From: an uncultured Actinomycetes bacterium
Lineage (GTDB): Bacteria > Actinomycetota > UBA4738 > JBBDTT01
Direction of reading: 5' to 3'
Length of the DNA stretch: 64,000 nucleotides
Assembly: GCA_963742735.1 (NCBI GenBank)
Contig: CAVUMN010000004.1
Span: forward strand, 512,001-576,000
How positions within the stretch are numbered: the first letter of the stretch is position 1; the number at the start of each line of letters is the position of its first letter. A program made the position numbers and the translations under genes. The notes beneath the pieces are model-generated. The model saw only the letters and a program-made list of their open reading frames with translations. It made no database searches and was not told where the DNA came from. Shown piece after piece: positions 29,190 to 39,953 of this stretch.

Positions 29190-29990
29190 ATGTTCCGCAA
29201 GATCCTGGTTGGCACCGACGGGTCCGACAGCGCGACGATCGCGGTCGCCCACGCCATCGAGCTCGGCCGAGCGCTCGACGCAGAGGTCACCATCCTCTCC
29301 GTCTATGCCACCCCCCGCGTTGACGCCCCCGAGGTCATCTCCTCGCGCCACGGCGACCCCACGGCGGACATCGCGCGGGCCGTGCTCCGCGACGTCGAGA
29401 AGCGCTTCGAGGGCAAGGGGAAGTTCGTCACCCGCGCCGAGGAGGGCAGCGCCGCCGAGGCGCTGATGGACATCGCCGAGTCCGAGGACTTCGACCTGAT
29501 CGTGATCGGGAACCGGGGCATGGCCGGCGCCAGCAAGTTCATGCTCGGCAACGTCCCGAACAAGGTCACGCACCACGCCCCGTGCTCCGTGCTCGTCGTG
29601 GACACGGTCGACGCGCAGGAGCCCGGCTACCGGAAGATGCTGGTCGGCACCGACGGGTCGGACACGGCCGCACGCGCGGTCGCCGGCGCGGTCGAGCTCG
29701 CCGAGAAGGCGAAGGCCGAGCTGTGGGTGGTCTGCGTGGCCTCCTCGGAGCCCGACGCCGACCGCGTGCTCGCCAAGGTCCTCGAGCAGTACCCGGACGC
29801 GAACACCAAGGGGCTGGTCGGCGACCCGGCCGAGGCCATGGTCGAGTTCGGCAACGGCGAGGGTGTCGACCTCGTCATCGTCGGCAACAAGGGCATGACC
29901 GGCGCCCGCCGGTTCCTGCTCGGCAGCGTCCCGAACAAGGTCTCCCACCACGCGACGACGAGCGTGTTGATCGTGAACACGACCGGCTGA
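29190..29990 (+). CDS. Tandem universal stress protein
   Basis: Two (I/M)LVGTDGS...DL(I/V)(V/I)(I/V)GN(R/K)GM...LG(N/S)VPNKV.HHA units. Confidence 0.93.
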   Translation: MFRKILVGTDGSDSATIAVAHAIELGRALDAEVTILSVYATPRVDAPEVISSRHGDPTADIARAVLRDVEKRFEGKGKFVTRAEEGSAAEALMDIAESEDFDLIVIGNRGMAGASKFMLGNVPNKVTHHAPCSVLVVDTVDAQEPGYRKMLVGTDGSDTAARAVAGAVELAEKAKAELWVVCVASSEPDADRVLAKVLEQYPDANTKGLVGDPAEAMVEFGNGEGVDLVIVGNKGMTGARRFLLGSVPNKVSHHATTSVLIVNTTG

Positions 29991-30403
29991 TGGCGCGCGA
30001 GGACTCCCTCACGACGGTTCCTCTGTTCTCCGGGCTGTCCAAGCGCGAGCTCAAGCGGTGCGGCTCGGTGGCGAAGGTGGTCACCTTCGATGCGGGAGAC
30101 GTCGTCGCCGAGGAGGGCGAGGAGGGGCTGGCGTTCTACGTGATCATCGAGGGCCAGGCCGACGTGAAGCGCGGCGGCAAGGTCGTCGCCAAGCTGATCC
30201 CCGGTGACTTCTTCGGGGAGGTCTCGCTGCTCGACGGCGGGCCCCGTACGGCGACGGTGGTCGCGACGACGCCCCTGAAGCTCCTGTCGATCCTCCGGTG
30301 GGACTTCCGGGAGCTCCTGAAGAAGGACCCCGGACTGGTGCCGAAGCTCCTGAAGGAGCTGGCCCGGCGGCTCCGTCAGATCGAACGGCCGGTCACGGCC
30401 TGA
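29990..30403 (+). CDS. Stand-alone cyclic nucleotide-binding domain protein
   Basis: VPLFSGL, GDFFGEVSLLDGGPRTATV. Confidence 0.9.
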   Translation: MAREDSLTTVPLFSGLSKRELKRCGSVAKVVTFDAGDVVAEEGEEGLAFYVIIEGQADVKRGGKVVAKLIPGDFFGEVSLLDGGPRTATVVATTPLKLLSILRWDFRELLKKDPGLVPKLLKELARRLRQIERPVTA

Positions 30404-30420
30404 GCGCGCTCCCCGCTCCC

Positions 30421-31254
30421 ATGCGTCCCGAGGGCCGTCTGCCCAACCTGGTCCCGGCGGTCCTGCGCGACGTGCGCGAGACGCTGCAGATGCGCTGGGT
30501 CGACTCCGCCATCGCCGACGCGGCGGGCTACCCGACCTTCTTCACCGCGGCGTGGTCCGCCATCCGGCCGAACGTCGGCCCCACGTTCCTGAACGGCGCC
30601 CGGGCCGTCCGCGACCTGGCCGACTCGGGCCTGGCCGACCTGAGCGTTCCTCCTCACCACGACTGGGTCCGCCTGGCGAAGCTCGAGGACCCCGAGGTGG
30701 CCGAGATCGGGCTGATCCTGCGGGCGTTCCGCGACTCGGTGCCCAAGTCGGCGATCGTGGTCCACGCGCTGGCCCGCTCCGCCCGCGGCCGGTCCGCCGG
30801 AGGCAGCGGCGCCGAGGAGGCCCCGCCAAAGCGCGGCGTGCCCGGCTGGCATCCGCACGTCACCCTGGAGACCCCAGAGGAGATCGAGAAGACGCTGGAC
30901 GAGGCGGCGACCCGGCTTCGCTCCGACGCACCTCCGGACGTGCTCCTGGCCCTGGCGAAGTGGCCCGGCTACACCTCCCGCGCGTGGCGGGAGGCCCGCC
31001 GCGCCACCCGGACCGACGCCTGGACGAAGTCCCACGCGCGGATCCGCCGCGCCGTCGCCGAGGCCGTGCGCGGGCTGCCCCATGTCATCTCGCTGCAGTG
31101 GAGCGCCCTGAAGGACCGGGGGTTCTCCGAGGAGGAGCGCCGGGACGTCGGCGACGTCCTGGCCCGCTACGACGCCGCGATGCCGGCGGCGATCCTGCTC
31201 GGGCAGTGGCTGTGGCGCGCGGCCGGCTCTCCCCTGGGCTCCAAAGGAAGCTGA
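30421..31254 (+). CDS. DehI (group I haloacid dehalogenase)-like protein
   Basis: Internal repeat: [11 protein letters not shown] / [12 protein letters not shown]. Confidence 0.55.
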   Translation: MRPEGRLPNLVPAVLRDVRETLQMRWVDSAIADAAGYPTFFTAAWSAIRPNVGPTFLNGARAVRDLADSGLADLSVPPHHDWVRLAKLEDPEVAEIGLILRAFRDSVPKSAIVVHALARSARGRSAGGSGAEEAPPKRGVPGWHPHVTLETPEEIEKTLDEAATRLRSDAPPDVLLALAKWPGYTSRAWREARRATRTDAWTKSHARIRRAVAEAVRGLPHVISLQWSALKDRGFSEEERRDVGDVLARYDAAMPAAILLGQWLWRAAGSPLGSKGS

Positions 31255-31673
31255 TGCTCGCCGAGTTCTACCGCCCGCCGGCCGAGGGCGAGGCCGCGGC
31301 GCCGCCCCCGCCCGCCCACGGGGGCGAGCCGGTGAAGCCTCCGCCGCCCGAGATCGTCGGCCGGGCCCGGTGGGACGGCCGGCACGTGCAGATCGAGGCC
31401 CAGGACCCCGACGTCGAGGCCGCGCTTCGGCGGATCTTCCGACCCTCGTCGGTGATCGCCGAGGACCCCACGACCGGCTCGAGGGGCGCCCACGGCCCGA
31501 GCACGGTCCAGCCGGGGAGCCTCGAGTGGTTCCGGCGGGCCGCCCAGAACCGCGCGAAGGAGGAGGGCCTGGCCGTGCGCCTGGTCGCCGCGACCGGCCC
31601 GGGCGGGTGGGACCCCGCCGCCAGCTACCGGCCGTTCCGCGAGCAGGTCCGTCTGATTCAATCGCGGGGATGA
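31254..31673 (+). CDS. Hypothetical protein
   Basis: TGATG-coupled to the previous gene and ATGA-coupled to fumC, with normal codon usage. Confidence 0.65.
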   Translation: MLAEFYRPPAEGEAAAPPPPAHGGEPVKPPPPEIVGRARWDGRHVQIEAQDPDVEAALRRIFRPSSVIAEDPTTGSRGAHGPSTVQPGSLEWFRRAAQNRAKEEGLAVRLVAATGPGGWDPAASYRPFREQVRLIQSRG

Positions 31674-33070
31674 GCTCCGAGCGCCGACGCGAGACCGACT
31701 CCATGGGGGCGGTCGAGGTCCCCGCCGACCGCTACTGGGGCGCGCAGACGCAGCGCTCGCTGCACCACTTCTCGATCGGGGACGACCGGATGCCCGTGGA
31801 GGTGGTCCGCGCGTTCGGCCTCCTCAAGCGCGCCGCGGCCGAGGTGAACCGCGACCTGGGGCTGCTCGAGGCCGAGGTCGCGGACCTGATCGTGCGGGCC
31901 GCCGACGAGATCATCGGGGGCGGGCTCGATGATCACTTCCCGCTCTACGTGTGGCAGACGGGCTCCGGCACGCAGTCGAACATGAACGCGAACGAGGTGA
32001 TCTCCAACCGCGCCATCGAGCTGGCCGGCGGGGAGATGGGCTCGAAGGCCCCGGTCCACCCGAACGACCACGTGAACCTGTCGCAGTCCTCCAACGACAC
32101 GTTCCCGACCGCGATGCACGTAGCCGCGGCGAACGCGATCGTCGAGCGGCTGCTGCCGAGCGTCCGCGCGCTGCGCGACGCCCTGGACGCCAAGGCCCGC
32201 GAGTTCGACGACATCGTGAAGATCGGCCGGACCCACCTGCAGGACGCGGTTCCGCTCACGCTGGGCCAGGAGTTCTCCGGCTACGTCGCGCAGCTGGACG
32301 ACGGCATCGCGCGCATCGAGGCCACGCTGCCCGGGCTGTACCGGCTGGCGATCGGCGGGACCGCGGTGGGCACGGGGCTGAACGCGCCGGAGGGGTTCGG
32401 GGCGAAGGTCGCGGCGAGGATCGCCGAGCTCACCGAGCTGCCGTTCCAGGCCGCGCCGAACCCGTTCGCCGCGCTGGCGGCCCACGACGCGATGGTGTTC
32501 GCGCACGGCGCGATCCGCACGCTGGCCGTCTCGCTGATGAAGATCGCCAACGATGTGCGGTGGCTGGGCTCGGGCCCGCGCAGCGGGCTGGGCGAGCTCG
32601 AGCTTCCCGAGAACGAGCCGGGGAGCTCGATCATGCCGGGCAAGGTCAACCCGACCCAGTCCGAGGCCATGACGATGGTCTGTGTCCAGGTCATGGGCAA
32701 CGACGTCGCGGTGATGGTGGCCGGCTCGCAGGGCAACTTCGAGCTCAACGTCTTTAAGCCGGTGATCGTCCGCAACGTGCTGCACTCGGTGGCGATCCTG
32801 GCCGACGCCTGCCAGACCTTCCGCGAGTTCTGCGTGGAGGGCATCAAGCCGAACCGCGAGCGGATCAAGGAGCTCGTCGACAACTCGCTGATGCTCGTGA
32901 CCGCCCTCAGCCCCAAGATCGGCTACGACAAGGCCGCCGAGATCGCGAAGAAAGCCCACGTCGAAGGCACGACGCTCAAGGAAGCGGCCCTGTCCCTCGG
33001 CTACCTAACGGAGGACGAGTACGACGCCGCGGTGGTCCCCGAGAACATGACGAAGCCCGATCAGATCTGA
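31670..33070 (+). CDS. fumC: Class II fumarate hydratase
   Basis: [40 protein letters not shown]. Confidence 0.98.
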   Translation: MSSERRRETDSMGAVEVPADRYWGAQTQRSLHHFSIGDDRMPVEVVRAFGLLKRAAAEVNRDLGLLEAEVADLIVRAADEIIGGGLDDHFPLYVWQTGSGTQSNMNANEVISNRAIELAGGEMGSKAPVHPNDHVNLSQSSNDTFPTAMHVAAANAIVERLLPSVRALRDALDAKAREFDDIVKIGRTHLQDAVPLTLGQEFSGYVAQLDDGIARIEATLPGLYRLAIGGTAVGTGLNAPEGFGAKVAARIAELTELPFQAAPNPFAALAAHDAMVFAHGAIRTLAVSLMKIANDVRWLGSGPRSGLGELELPENEPGSSIMPGKVNPTQSEAMTMVCVQVMGNDVAVMVAGSQGNFELNVFKPVIVRNVLHSVAILADACQTFREFCVEGIKPNRERIKELVDNSLMLVTALSPKIGYDKAAEIAKKAHVEGTTLKEAALSLGYLTEDEYDAAVVPENMTKPDQI

Positions 33071-33095
33071 CGGAGCGGCCGAGTTTCGGGACGGC

Positions 33096-33242
33096 GCCCT
33101 CGAGGACACGGTCGAGCTGCTCGCGGACCCTGAGGCTTTGAAGGAGATCGAGAAACCGCGCCGGGAGATCGCGCAAAGGGATGTCCATCGGCGCAGACGA
33201 GCGCGCGAGCGCTATCTCCGTTCGGAGCCAGAGGAGAAGTGA
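33096..33242 (+). pseudogene. Probable remnant of a Phd/YefM antitoxin C-terminus
   Basis: Start-less fragment ALEDTVELLADPEALKEIEKPRREIAQ. Confidence 0.45.
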
Positions 33243-33607
33243 GCCGCAGAATCTGACGGTCCGTCAGAGTTCCGTTTCGGCATCCACTTGCTCGTGACGA
33301 GGGCAAGAGATCCGAGAACGGCGTTGCCCAGGAGCCACCCCGGGATCACGTAGAACAAGAACAGCACGTCGGACCAGTACGGGAGGAGGGGATCCGGGTC
33401 GCACCCAGCCGGGAGCGGTAGTGCTTCGCAAGGGTCTCTCACCAGCCGGAGTCCGATCAGCCAGCCGATGGCCGCGGCATTGAACGTCAACCACAACACC
33501 ATGAGGAACCGGGTCTTCGGACGACGTTTGTGGATGACCGCCGCGACGAAAAGGACTGCCGGCAAGGTGAGCAGCAGTCCGATGGCGACGAGATTCGCTG
33601 CAGCCAC
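33212..33607 (-). CDS. Small membrane protein (3 TM)
   Basis: Three hydrophobic segments. Less GC-biased codon use than its neighbours. Confidence 0.6.
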   Translation of the reverse strand: MAAANLVAIGLLLTLPAVLFVAAVIHKRRPKTRFLMVLWLTFNAAAIGWLIGLRLVRDPCEALPLPAGCDPDPLLPYWSDVLFLFYVIPGWLLGNAVLGSLALVTSKWMPKRNSDGPSDSAAHFSSGSERR

Positions 33608-33610
33608 TAG

Positions 33611-36600
33611 TTAGTCGCCGTTCGCGGCGAGCCAGGCCCGTCCCGGGTCGCAGAAGGCGGTGAAGTCGCAGTTTCGGCAGTGGGGGCCGGGGGTGGGATC
33701 GAAGTCCCTCGCGCCGATCCCGGTGACGAACTCCCGCACCCGCGCGCGGACCTCGTCGGCGCTCGGCGTCGGCACGGTGACCTCGGCGTCCGAGGACAGG
33801 TAGTAGTAGGTGAGCTTCAGCTCCTCCGGCGCCTTCTTCCAGATCTCCATCGCCGCCAGCGCGTAGATCGCGAGCTGGAGCCCGGAGCCGCCGTCGGTCT
33901 CCTCGGGCTTCCGCCCGGTCTTGAAGTCGACGATCTCCCACGGGCCGTCGAATGCGCCGTACACCGCGTCGATCCGCCCCCGCACCAGCGTCCCGTCGAC
34001 GAACAGCTCGAACGGCCGCTCGGTGAACAGCGGGATCTCGCCGGCGTACCGGCTGGCCCGCCACACGTCCTTGAGCCGCGCCTCCTGGCCGGGGCCGGCG
34101 TCGTCGGCGGGGGAGAGGTCGGGGAGCGCGTCCAGGTCCAGCAGCCGGCCCTGGCCGCGCGACTCCTGTTCGATCCACCGGTGGATCGAGGTGCCGAGGG
34201 CCGCGGCCGCGCTCGGCCGCCGCGGCAGGGGACGCACCGCCGACCAGTAGAAGCGTTTCGGGCACCGGGCGTACGTCTCCAGCCCGCTCACCGAGAGGCC
34301 GCTCGGCAGCGGCCGGGCCCGCGACTCCGTGGACGGGTCGCGTTCACCGAGGGCGGCGATGCGCTCCACCGCCGCGGCGCGCCGGCGGTCGTACTCGCTC
34401 CGTTCGCCGGGATCGAGTCCCGCGGCGAGCCGCTCCGGCAGGTCGGGGTCCTCGCCCACGCCCTCGGCCGCGCTCCGCCACCCCGACGTGAACACGCCGT
34501 CCGCGGCCTCCGGGCGCGCGTCGATCGGCCATTGCGCGGCCCGGGCCTGCCGGATGGGGATCAGCGGGTTGTTCTCGGGCAGGGCCTCCTCCTCGGTCAG
34601 CTTGTCCTGGAACAGGACCTCGGTCTCCTCGCACGCCGCGATCTCCTGATAGAAGCGCCCCGGGACCAGCGGCTGCTCCAGGTTTCCGTCCGAGCCCTCG
34701 TACCACTGCCCGGAGCTGACCACGAGCAGCTCTCGGGCCCGGGTCAGCGCGACGTAGCAGTTTCGGCGCTCGGCCTCCTCGGCCCTGAGCTTCAGCTCGG
34801 CGCGCCACGGCTTCACGCCGTCCTTCGGGTCGGGGAACCCGTCGAACTCGCGGCGCAGCGTGTAGGGCACGGACGCCGCCGACGTCAGCGGGTTCTCGTC
34901 GCGGCCCGTGTCGGGGAAGATCGAAGACCGTCCCCACTCGCCGCCCTCGGCCATGCCCGGCACGAACACCACGTCCCACTCCAGGCCCTTGGCTTTGTGG
35001 ATCGTCATGAGCTTCACCGTGTCGGCGCCCGAGGGCTGCACGGCCTCGAGCTCCTCCTCGGCCTCCTCGGCCCGGTCCAGGTAGTCCAGGACCGCCTGCA
35101 GCGTGGCCTCGCCGGCCAGCGGCGCGAAGCCGGCCAGGTGGTCCAGGAAGGCCAGCACGTTCTGCCGGATCCCGACCGCAGCCTTGCGCGGCGACGCGTC
35201 GAGCTCGGCCAGCAACCCCGTGATCTCCGCGATCGCGAAGCAGAGCTCGGCCGGGGGCAGGGCCGCGCGCGCCCGAAGCGAGGCCAACTCTTCGGTGAAC
35301 TCCTGCAGCCGCTCCCGCGCCTCGTCGGAGAGGTCCGTGACCTCGTCCAGGTGATCGAGCGCCTCGACCAGCGCGAACGCGGTCTCGCCGGGGGAGGGGT
35401 CGTCCTCCTCGGCCACCGCCAGCCGGAACTGGTAGTTGTGCTCGGCCGACCACGCCGACAGCCGGGCCAGGTCGCGGTACCCGATCCGCCACCGCGGCCC
35501 CAGGAGCAGCCGCGCCAGCGAGACGTTGCGCGAGGGGTCGGCGATCACCCGCAGGTACGCGACCAGGTCGACGATCTCCGGCGCGCGAAGCAGCCCGCCG
35601 ACGTCGACGACCTCGGTCGGGATGTCGGCCGCGCGCAGCCGCTCGTCGATCGTGCGGAACAGCCGCTTCTTCCGGCACAGCACGGCGATCTGCCCGTAGG
35701 CCCGGCCGCCCGCGACCTGTTCCTGGATGAGCTTCGCGATCTGGTCGGCCTCGGCCGTCTGGTCCCGTGCGACGAACGCCACCACGCGCCCCTCGCCCCG
35801 GCTGGGGTGGGGGATCAGGCGCTTGTCCTTCGCGCGGCGCTCCTCGGGGACGGACTGGATGACCTGGTTCGCCACGCTGAGGATCCGGCTCCCCGAGCGG
35901 AAATTCACGAACAGGGGCCGGTGGGGTGCCTCGGCCTCGCCGGGCGCGGCGAACTCCGAGCCGAACTCCAGCAGGTTGCGCAGGCTCGCGCCGCGCCACG
36001 CGTAGATGTTCTGGTCGGGGTCGCCGACCGCCGTCACCGGGAACGGCGGCGGGAACAGCGCCCGCATCAGCCGGGCCTGGGCCTCGTTCGTGTCCTGGTA
36101 CTCGTCGAGCAGGGCCACCCGGTACCGGTCGCGCAGCTCCTCGCCGACCTCCGGGAACTCCTCGGCCAGGCGGACCGCGAGCTCGATCTGGTCGCCGTAG
36201 TCCACGCGATGGTGGAGCCGCTTGCGCTCGCGGTAGTCGGCGACGGCGCCGGCCAGCTCGACCCGCTGGCGAGCCCGGGCCATCGCCCGCTCCAGGTCCC
36301 GGTCGAGCTTCTGGCCGTCCATCGAGCGCAGGAACTCCCGACTGGCCCGCGCGACGTCATCGGGGGAGACCAGCAGGTTCGCGCACTGGTCGGCCAGCTG
36401 CAGGATCTGCCCGGTCACGTACGGGGGATGGCGGACCTCGAGCTCGTTGAACGTCCGGTCCTCCATCACCTGGGCGACCAGGTCCCACTTCTGGGCCTCG
36501 GCCAGCAGGCTCGCCCCCGGCTCCAGTCCGAGCCGCAGCGCGTAGGTCTGCAGGAGCATCGCCCCGAACGCGTGGTAGGTCAGGACGGTCGGCTCCTCGG

Positions 36601-36958
36601 TCTCGTCCAGGCCCAGGCCCTCGACGGCCACGCGCGTCTTGCGGGACAGGTGCTCCGCGGCTTTGTTGGTGAACGTCAGGCCGAGGACCTCCGACGGCAG
36701 GGCGCCGTCGTGGCCGGCTTCGATCCGGCCGAGCTTCACCAGGCTGAGGTACGCGATCCGGGCCGCCATCAGCGAGGTCTTCCCCGAGCCCGCCCCGGCC
36801 ACGATGGCGAAGGAGTGCAGCGGGTGGCTGATCGCTTCCCACTGCTGCATCGTGGGGACGACCCCGCCCATGGCCGCGACGATCTCGGCCGGGCAGTCCT
36901 CGAACGGCGCGGCCGGGTCCACCCCCGAGGGGGCATTCGTGCGAGCGGCCGGGCTCAC
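33611..36958 (-). CDS. adnB: ATP-dependent helicase/nuclease, AdnB-like (UvrD + PD-(D/E)XK)
   Basis: AGAGSGKT, LTFTNKAA, DEYQDTN, VGDPDQNIYAWRGA, TIHKAKGLEW, YVALTRAR, GRIDAV, VDFKTG, QLAIY. Confidence 0.88.
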   Translation of the reverse strand: MSPAARTNAPSGVDPAAPFEDCPAEIVAAMGGVVPTMQQWEAISHPLHSFAIVAGAGSGKTSLMAARIAYLSLVKLGRIEAGHDGALPSEVLGLTFTNKAAEHLSRKTRVAVEGLGLDETEEPTVLTYHAFGAMLLQTYALRLGLEPGASLLAEAQKWDLVAQVMEDRTFNELEVRHPPYVTGQILQLADQCANLLVSPDDVARASREFLRSMDGQKLDRDLERAMARARQRVELAGAVADYRERKRLHHRVDYGDQIELAVRLAEEFPEVGEELRDRYRVALLDEYQDTNEAQARLMRALFPPPFPVTAVGDPDQNIYAWRGASLRNLLEFGSEFAAPGEAEAPHRPLFVNFRSGSRILSVANQVIQSVPEERRAKDKRLIPHPSRGEGRVVAFVARDQTAEADQIAKLIQEQVAGGRAYGQIAVLCRKKRLFRTIDERLRAADIPTEVVDVGGLLRAPEIVDLVAYLRVIADPSRNVSLARLLLGPRWRIGYRDLARLSAWSAEHNYQFRLAVAEEDDPSPGETAFALVEALDHLDEVTDLSDEARERLQEFTEELASLRARAALPPAELCFAIAEITGLLAELDASPRKAAVGIRQNVLAFLDHLAGFAPLAGEATLQAVLDYLDRAEEAEEELEAVQPSGADTVKLMTIHKAKGLEWDVVFVPGMAEGGEWGRSSIFPDTGRDENPLTSAASVPYTLRREFDGFPDPKDGVKPWRAELKLRAEEAERRNCYVALTRARELLVVSSGQWYEGSDGNLEQPLVPGRFYQEIAACEETEVLFQDKLTEEEALPENNPLIPIRQARAAQWPIDARPEAADGVFTSGWRSAAEGVGEDPDLPERLAAGLDPGERSEYDRRRAAAVERIAALGERDPSTESRARPLPSGLSVSGLETYARCPKRFYWSAVRPLPRRPSAAAALGTSIHRWIEQESRGQGRLLDLDALPDLSPADDAGPGQEARLKDVWRASRYAGEIPLFTERPFELFVDGTLVRGRIDAVYGAFDGPWEIVDFKTGRKPEETDGGSGLQLAIYALAAMEIWKKAPEELKLTYYYLSSDAEVTVPTPSADEVRARVREFVTGIGARDFDPTPGPHCRNCDFTAFCDPGRAWLAANGD

Positions 36959-39858
36959 AGCCCCACCTCCGCGCCCTCGGGCCAGACCGGGCACAGCGAG
37001 CGGTACGCGCAGTTGCGGCACTTGGCCTCGGGGTTGGGGGCGAACGCCTCGGCCCGGATCCCCTCCAGGTAGCCGTGGATGCGCTCCTCGAACTTCGGGA
37101 TGTCCTCCTTTGTCGGACGCGAGGTCCGGCGCACCGTCCCCGCGTCCGAGGTCCCCAGGTAGACGAGCTCCATCCGGTGTGGGTTCCCGAGCTTGCGCAG
37201 CTCGGGGTCGCGCCGGGCGGCCAGCAGGTACGCGCCGAGCTGCAGGTCCTCCTCCGCGTCCTTCTGGGCGATGGTCGAGCGGCCCGTCTTGTAGTCCAGG
37301 ACACGCAGGCCCTCGGGCATCACGACGACGGCGTCGATCCGCCCCCGCAGGATGGCGCCGTCCAGCGGGAACCGGAACGCATGCTCCACGACCGCCGGGG
37401 GCACCTCGGACTCGCTGGCCATGAACTTCTCGAACATGCGCGTGGCGTCGATGCGCCGGCGGTGCTCCACGGCGCGGCTGGGGAACACCTCCGGCCGCCA
37501 CAGCTCGTCGAGCCGGCGCTCCAGCCCCGCCAGGGTCCGTTCGATCGTGCCGTTCCAGAACTCCTCGATCACCTGATGCACGCGCGAGCCGAGCCACATG
37601 TGGTGGCTCCCGGTGAAGTCGAGCCCGAGCTCGGTGTCGTAGAGGTACTGCAGCGGGCAGTTCTCGAATGTGGACAGCCGGCTGTAGGAGGTCTTGAACT
37701 CGCCCACGTGCAGCGGCGGGCCCGGCGTCCAGTCTCGCGAGCCCCACCAGCGCTCGGGGCGGGCATCCAGCGCGGCGAGTCCCGCAAGCGCCGCGAGCCG
37801 TTCGGGGTCGGGGCGCTCGGAGTCGGCCAGGGTCCGGCGGTGCTCGGCCTCCGCCTGGGCGAGGGTTGGCGGCGGGCCCGGGTCGGGCGCGCCCCAAACG
37901 TCCGCGGGGACGAAGCGGCTCGGCGTGCGAGGCCGGCGGGAGTCGCGCGACTCACACGAGGTCAGGACGGTCCGTCGTCCGCGGGACACCGCCAGCCGGA
38001 ACAGCGCGCGTTCCTCGCGGAACCGCTCCTCGAACCGCTCGCGCGCCGTGCGCGGCGCGTCCAGGTCGTCCAGCGAGACCAGGGGCCGCGGCGCCGACAG
38101 GCTCGGGAACTCGCCCTCCAGGCAGCCCACCACGAACGCCAGCTCGAACTCCTCGCCGTGCGCCCGGTGTGCCGACAGGATGCGGACGGCGTCGGGCAGG
38201 CGGTCCTCCGGCGGGACGAACGGCTCGGGCCCGAAGTCGGCCTGCTCCAGCGCGTCCAGGTACTCGGCCAGCAGGCTCCACGGCCGCCGCTCACGGAACC
38301 GGGACAGCGAGTTGCCGAAGGCGTACAGCGAGTCCAGGTCGCGGTTGGCGCGCTCGGCCGGGGCGGGGTCGTCCGAGTCGGCCTGCGCGACGAGCCCGCG
38401 CGGGTACGGGAGCCGCTCCCACAGCGCGAAGAACACCTCGTCGGGCCGGCGCTCGTCCTTCACCTGACGGGTGAGCAGCTCGACCGTCTCCCACAGATCG
38501 GCGAGCCGTTCGCGTATCGGCGCCGGGACGTCCTCGGGCGGGGACTGGCACAGCTCGAGCAGCGAGACCATGGGCACGCTGGCGCGGGCCGCGCGGCGCA
38601 GGGTGCGCACGTCGTGCGGGTGCAGCCCGACGACGAAGGACACGAGCAGGCCCTCCAGGACCTCCTCCCGCCGCTCGGGGCGCAGCGCGAACCGCAGCAG
38701 GTGGACGATCGGGCGGACCGCCGGCTCGGAGACGAGCGCCGACGCCTCGCCGCTGACGACGTGGGGGACGCCGTGGTGGGTGAGCGCCCGGCGCAGCGCC
38801 GCGACGTACTCGCCGTGGCGGCGGACCACGATGGCCACGTCGCCCCAGGGGACGGCCGCCTCCAGGTGGGCCCGCAGGATCTCTCGCGCCACCGCGTCGG
38901 CCTCCTCCGAGGGCTGCGCGAACCCCCACGCCTCGAGCTCGGCCGCGTCCAGGCGCGCCCCCGCGGCCAGCGCGTCGCACAGCCGGCGAGGACCGTCTGC
39001 CAGCCGGTGGCAGCGTTCCAGCGCGACGGTGTCGACGTCGCCGCGCCCCGCCAGTCGCGTCACGGGCCGGCCGGTGGCCCCGCGGAACGAGAACACCCGG
39101 CCCGCCGGGTCGGCCGCGACGACGACCGTGGCCGCGCCGGACTCGAGGGTCGCCAGGAGGCGCTCGGCCGCCGGGGCCACGTCCTGGTAGTCGTCGACCA
39201 GGACGTGCTCGAGCTCGGGCCCGCCGAGCTTCTCGGCCGCCGCCACGGCCTGGTTGAGCAGGCCGGCGAAGTCGACCTCGTTGGCGCTGCCGATCGCGTC
39301 GACGTAGCGCCCGTAGAACCGTGACACCTCCGCAAGGTCCGCGCGGCCGGCGGCCTCGGCGCTCGCCAGCAGGTCCTCGGGCTGCAGGAGCCGCTCCTGC
39401 GAGCGCAGGACGAAGTCGGCGACCTCGCGGCCGAACCGGTTGAGCCCCAGGTATCGCCCGAGGGTGGGCCAGTCCTCCGGGGACTCGGCGCCGAGGAGCT
39501 CCGCGACCCGGCCGTACTGCTCGGGCGCGGTCAGCAGGCGGGGCGGCTCCGCGTACTCCAGGGCCTCGAATCGCTGGCCCAGGACCCGAAGCGCCAGGCC
39601 GTGCCAGGTCAGGACCGGGAGGTCCGGCAGGCTCCGGCCGAGCCGGCGGAACAGCCGGGTCCGCGCCGCCTGGGCCCCGCGCCGGGACAGGCAAAGCATG
39701 ACCATCCTGTCGGGGTCGGCGCCGCCCTCGATGAGCCGCGCGAACCGCTCGAGCAGGAGCGTCGTCTTGCCCGTCCCCGGCCCGCCGGTGACCAGCAGGG
39801 GCCCGCGGGCGTGCTCCAGGACGCGCGTCTGGGAAGGGTCGAACGAGAGGGGGGACAT
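36955..39858 (-). CDS. adnA: ATP-dependent helicase/nuclease, AdnA-like
   Basis: GGPGTGKT, degenerate DDYQD, SAHRAHGEEF, CPLQY, GRIDAV, LDYKTG, CRNCAYRSLC. Confidence 0.86.
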   Translation of the reverse strand: MSPLSFDPSQTRVLEHARGPLLVTGGPGTGKTTLLLERFARLIEGGADPDRMVMLCLSRRGAQAARTRLFRRLGRSLPDLPVLTWHGLALRVLGQRFEALEYAEPPRLLTAPEQYGRVAELLGAESPEDWPTLGRYLGLNRFGREVADFVLRSQERLLQPEDLLASAEAAGRADLAEVSRFYGRYVDAIGSANEVDFAGLLNQAVAAAEKLGGPELEHVLVDDYQDVAPAAERLLATLESGAATVVVAADPAGRVFSFRGATGRPVTRLAGRGDVDTVALERCHRLADGPRRLCDALAAGARLDAAELEAWGFAQPSEEADAVAREILRAHLEAAVPWGDVAIVVRRHGEYVAALRRALTHHGVPHVVSGEASALVSEPAVRPIVHLLRFALRPERREEVLEGLLVSFVVGLHPHDVRTLRRAARASVPMVSLLELCQSPPEDVPAPIRERLADLWETVELLTRQVKDERRPDEVFFALWERLPYPRGLVAQADSDDPAPAERANRDLDSLYAFGNSLSRFRERRPWSLLAEYLDALEQADFGPEPFVPPEDRLPDAVRILSAHRAHGEEFELAFVVGCLEGEFPSLSAPRPLVSLDDLDAPRTARERFEERFREERALFRLAVSRGRRTVLTSCESRDSRRPRTPSRFVPADVWGAPDPGPPPTLAQAEAEHRRTLADSERPDPERLAALAGLAALDARPERWWGSRDWTPGPPLHVGEFKTSYSRLSTFENCPLQYLYDTELGLDFTGSHHMWLGSRVHQVIEEFWNGTIERTLAGLERRLDELWRPEVFPSRAVEHRRRIDATRMFEKFMASESEVPPAVVEHAFRFPLDGAILRGRIDAVVVMPEGLRVLDYKTGRSTIAQKDAEEDLQLGAYLLAARRDPELRKLGNPHRMELVYLGTSDAGTVRRTSRPTKEDIPKFEERIHGYLEGIRAEAFAPNPEAKCRNCAYRSLCPVWPEGAEVGL

Positions 39859-39905
39859 CGACCGAATGCTACTGCGAGGTACCGACACGACCTCCGGGAC
39901 GCGGA

Positions 39906-39933
39906 ACGGGCGGGCCCGGAAGGGCCCGCCCGT
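39906..39933 (-). terminator. GC-rich hairpin, probable terminator of the 39954-40373 gene
   Basis: ACGGGCGGGCCC-GGAA-GGGCCCGCCCGT, a perfect 12-bp stem. Confidence 0.65.
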
Positions 39934-39953
39934 GGTTGCTCGTTCGGTGCGCC

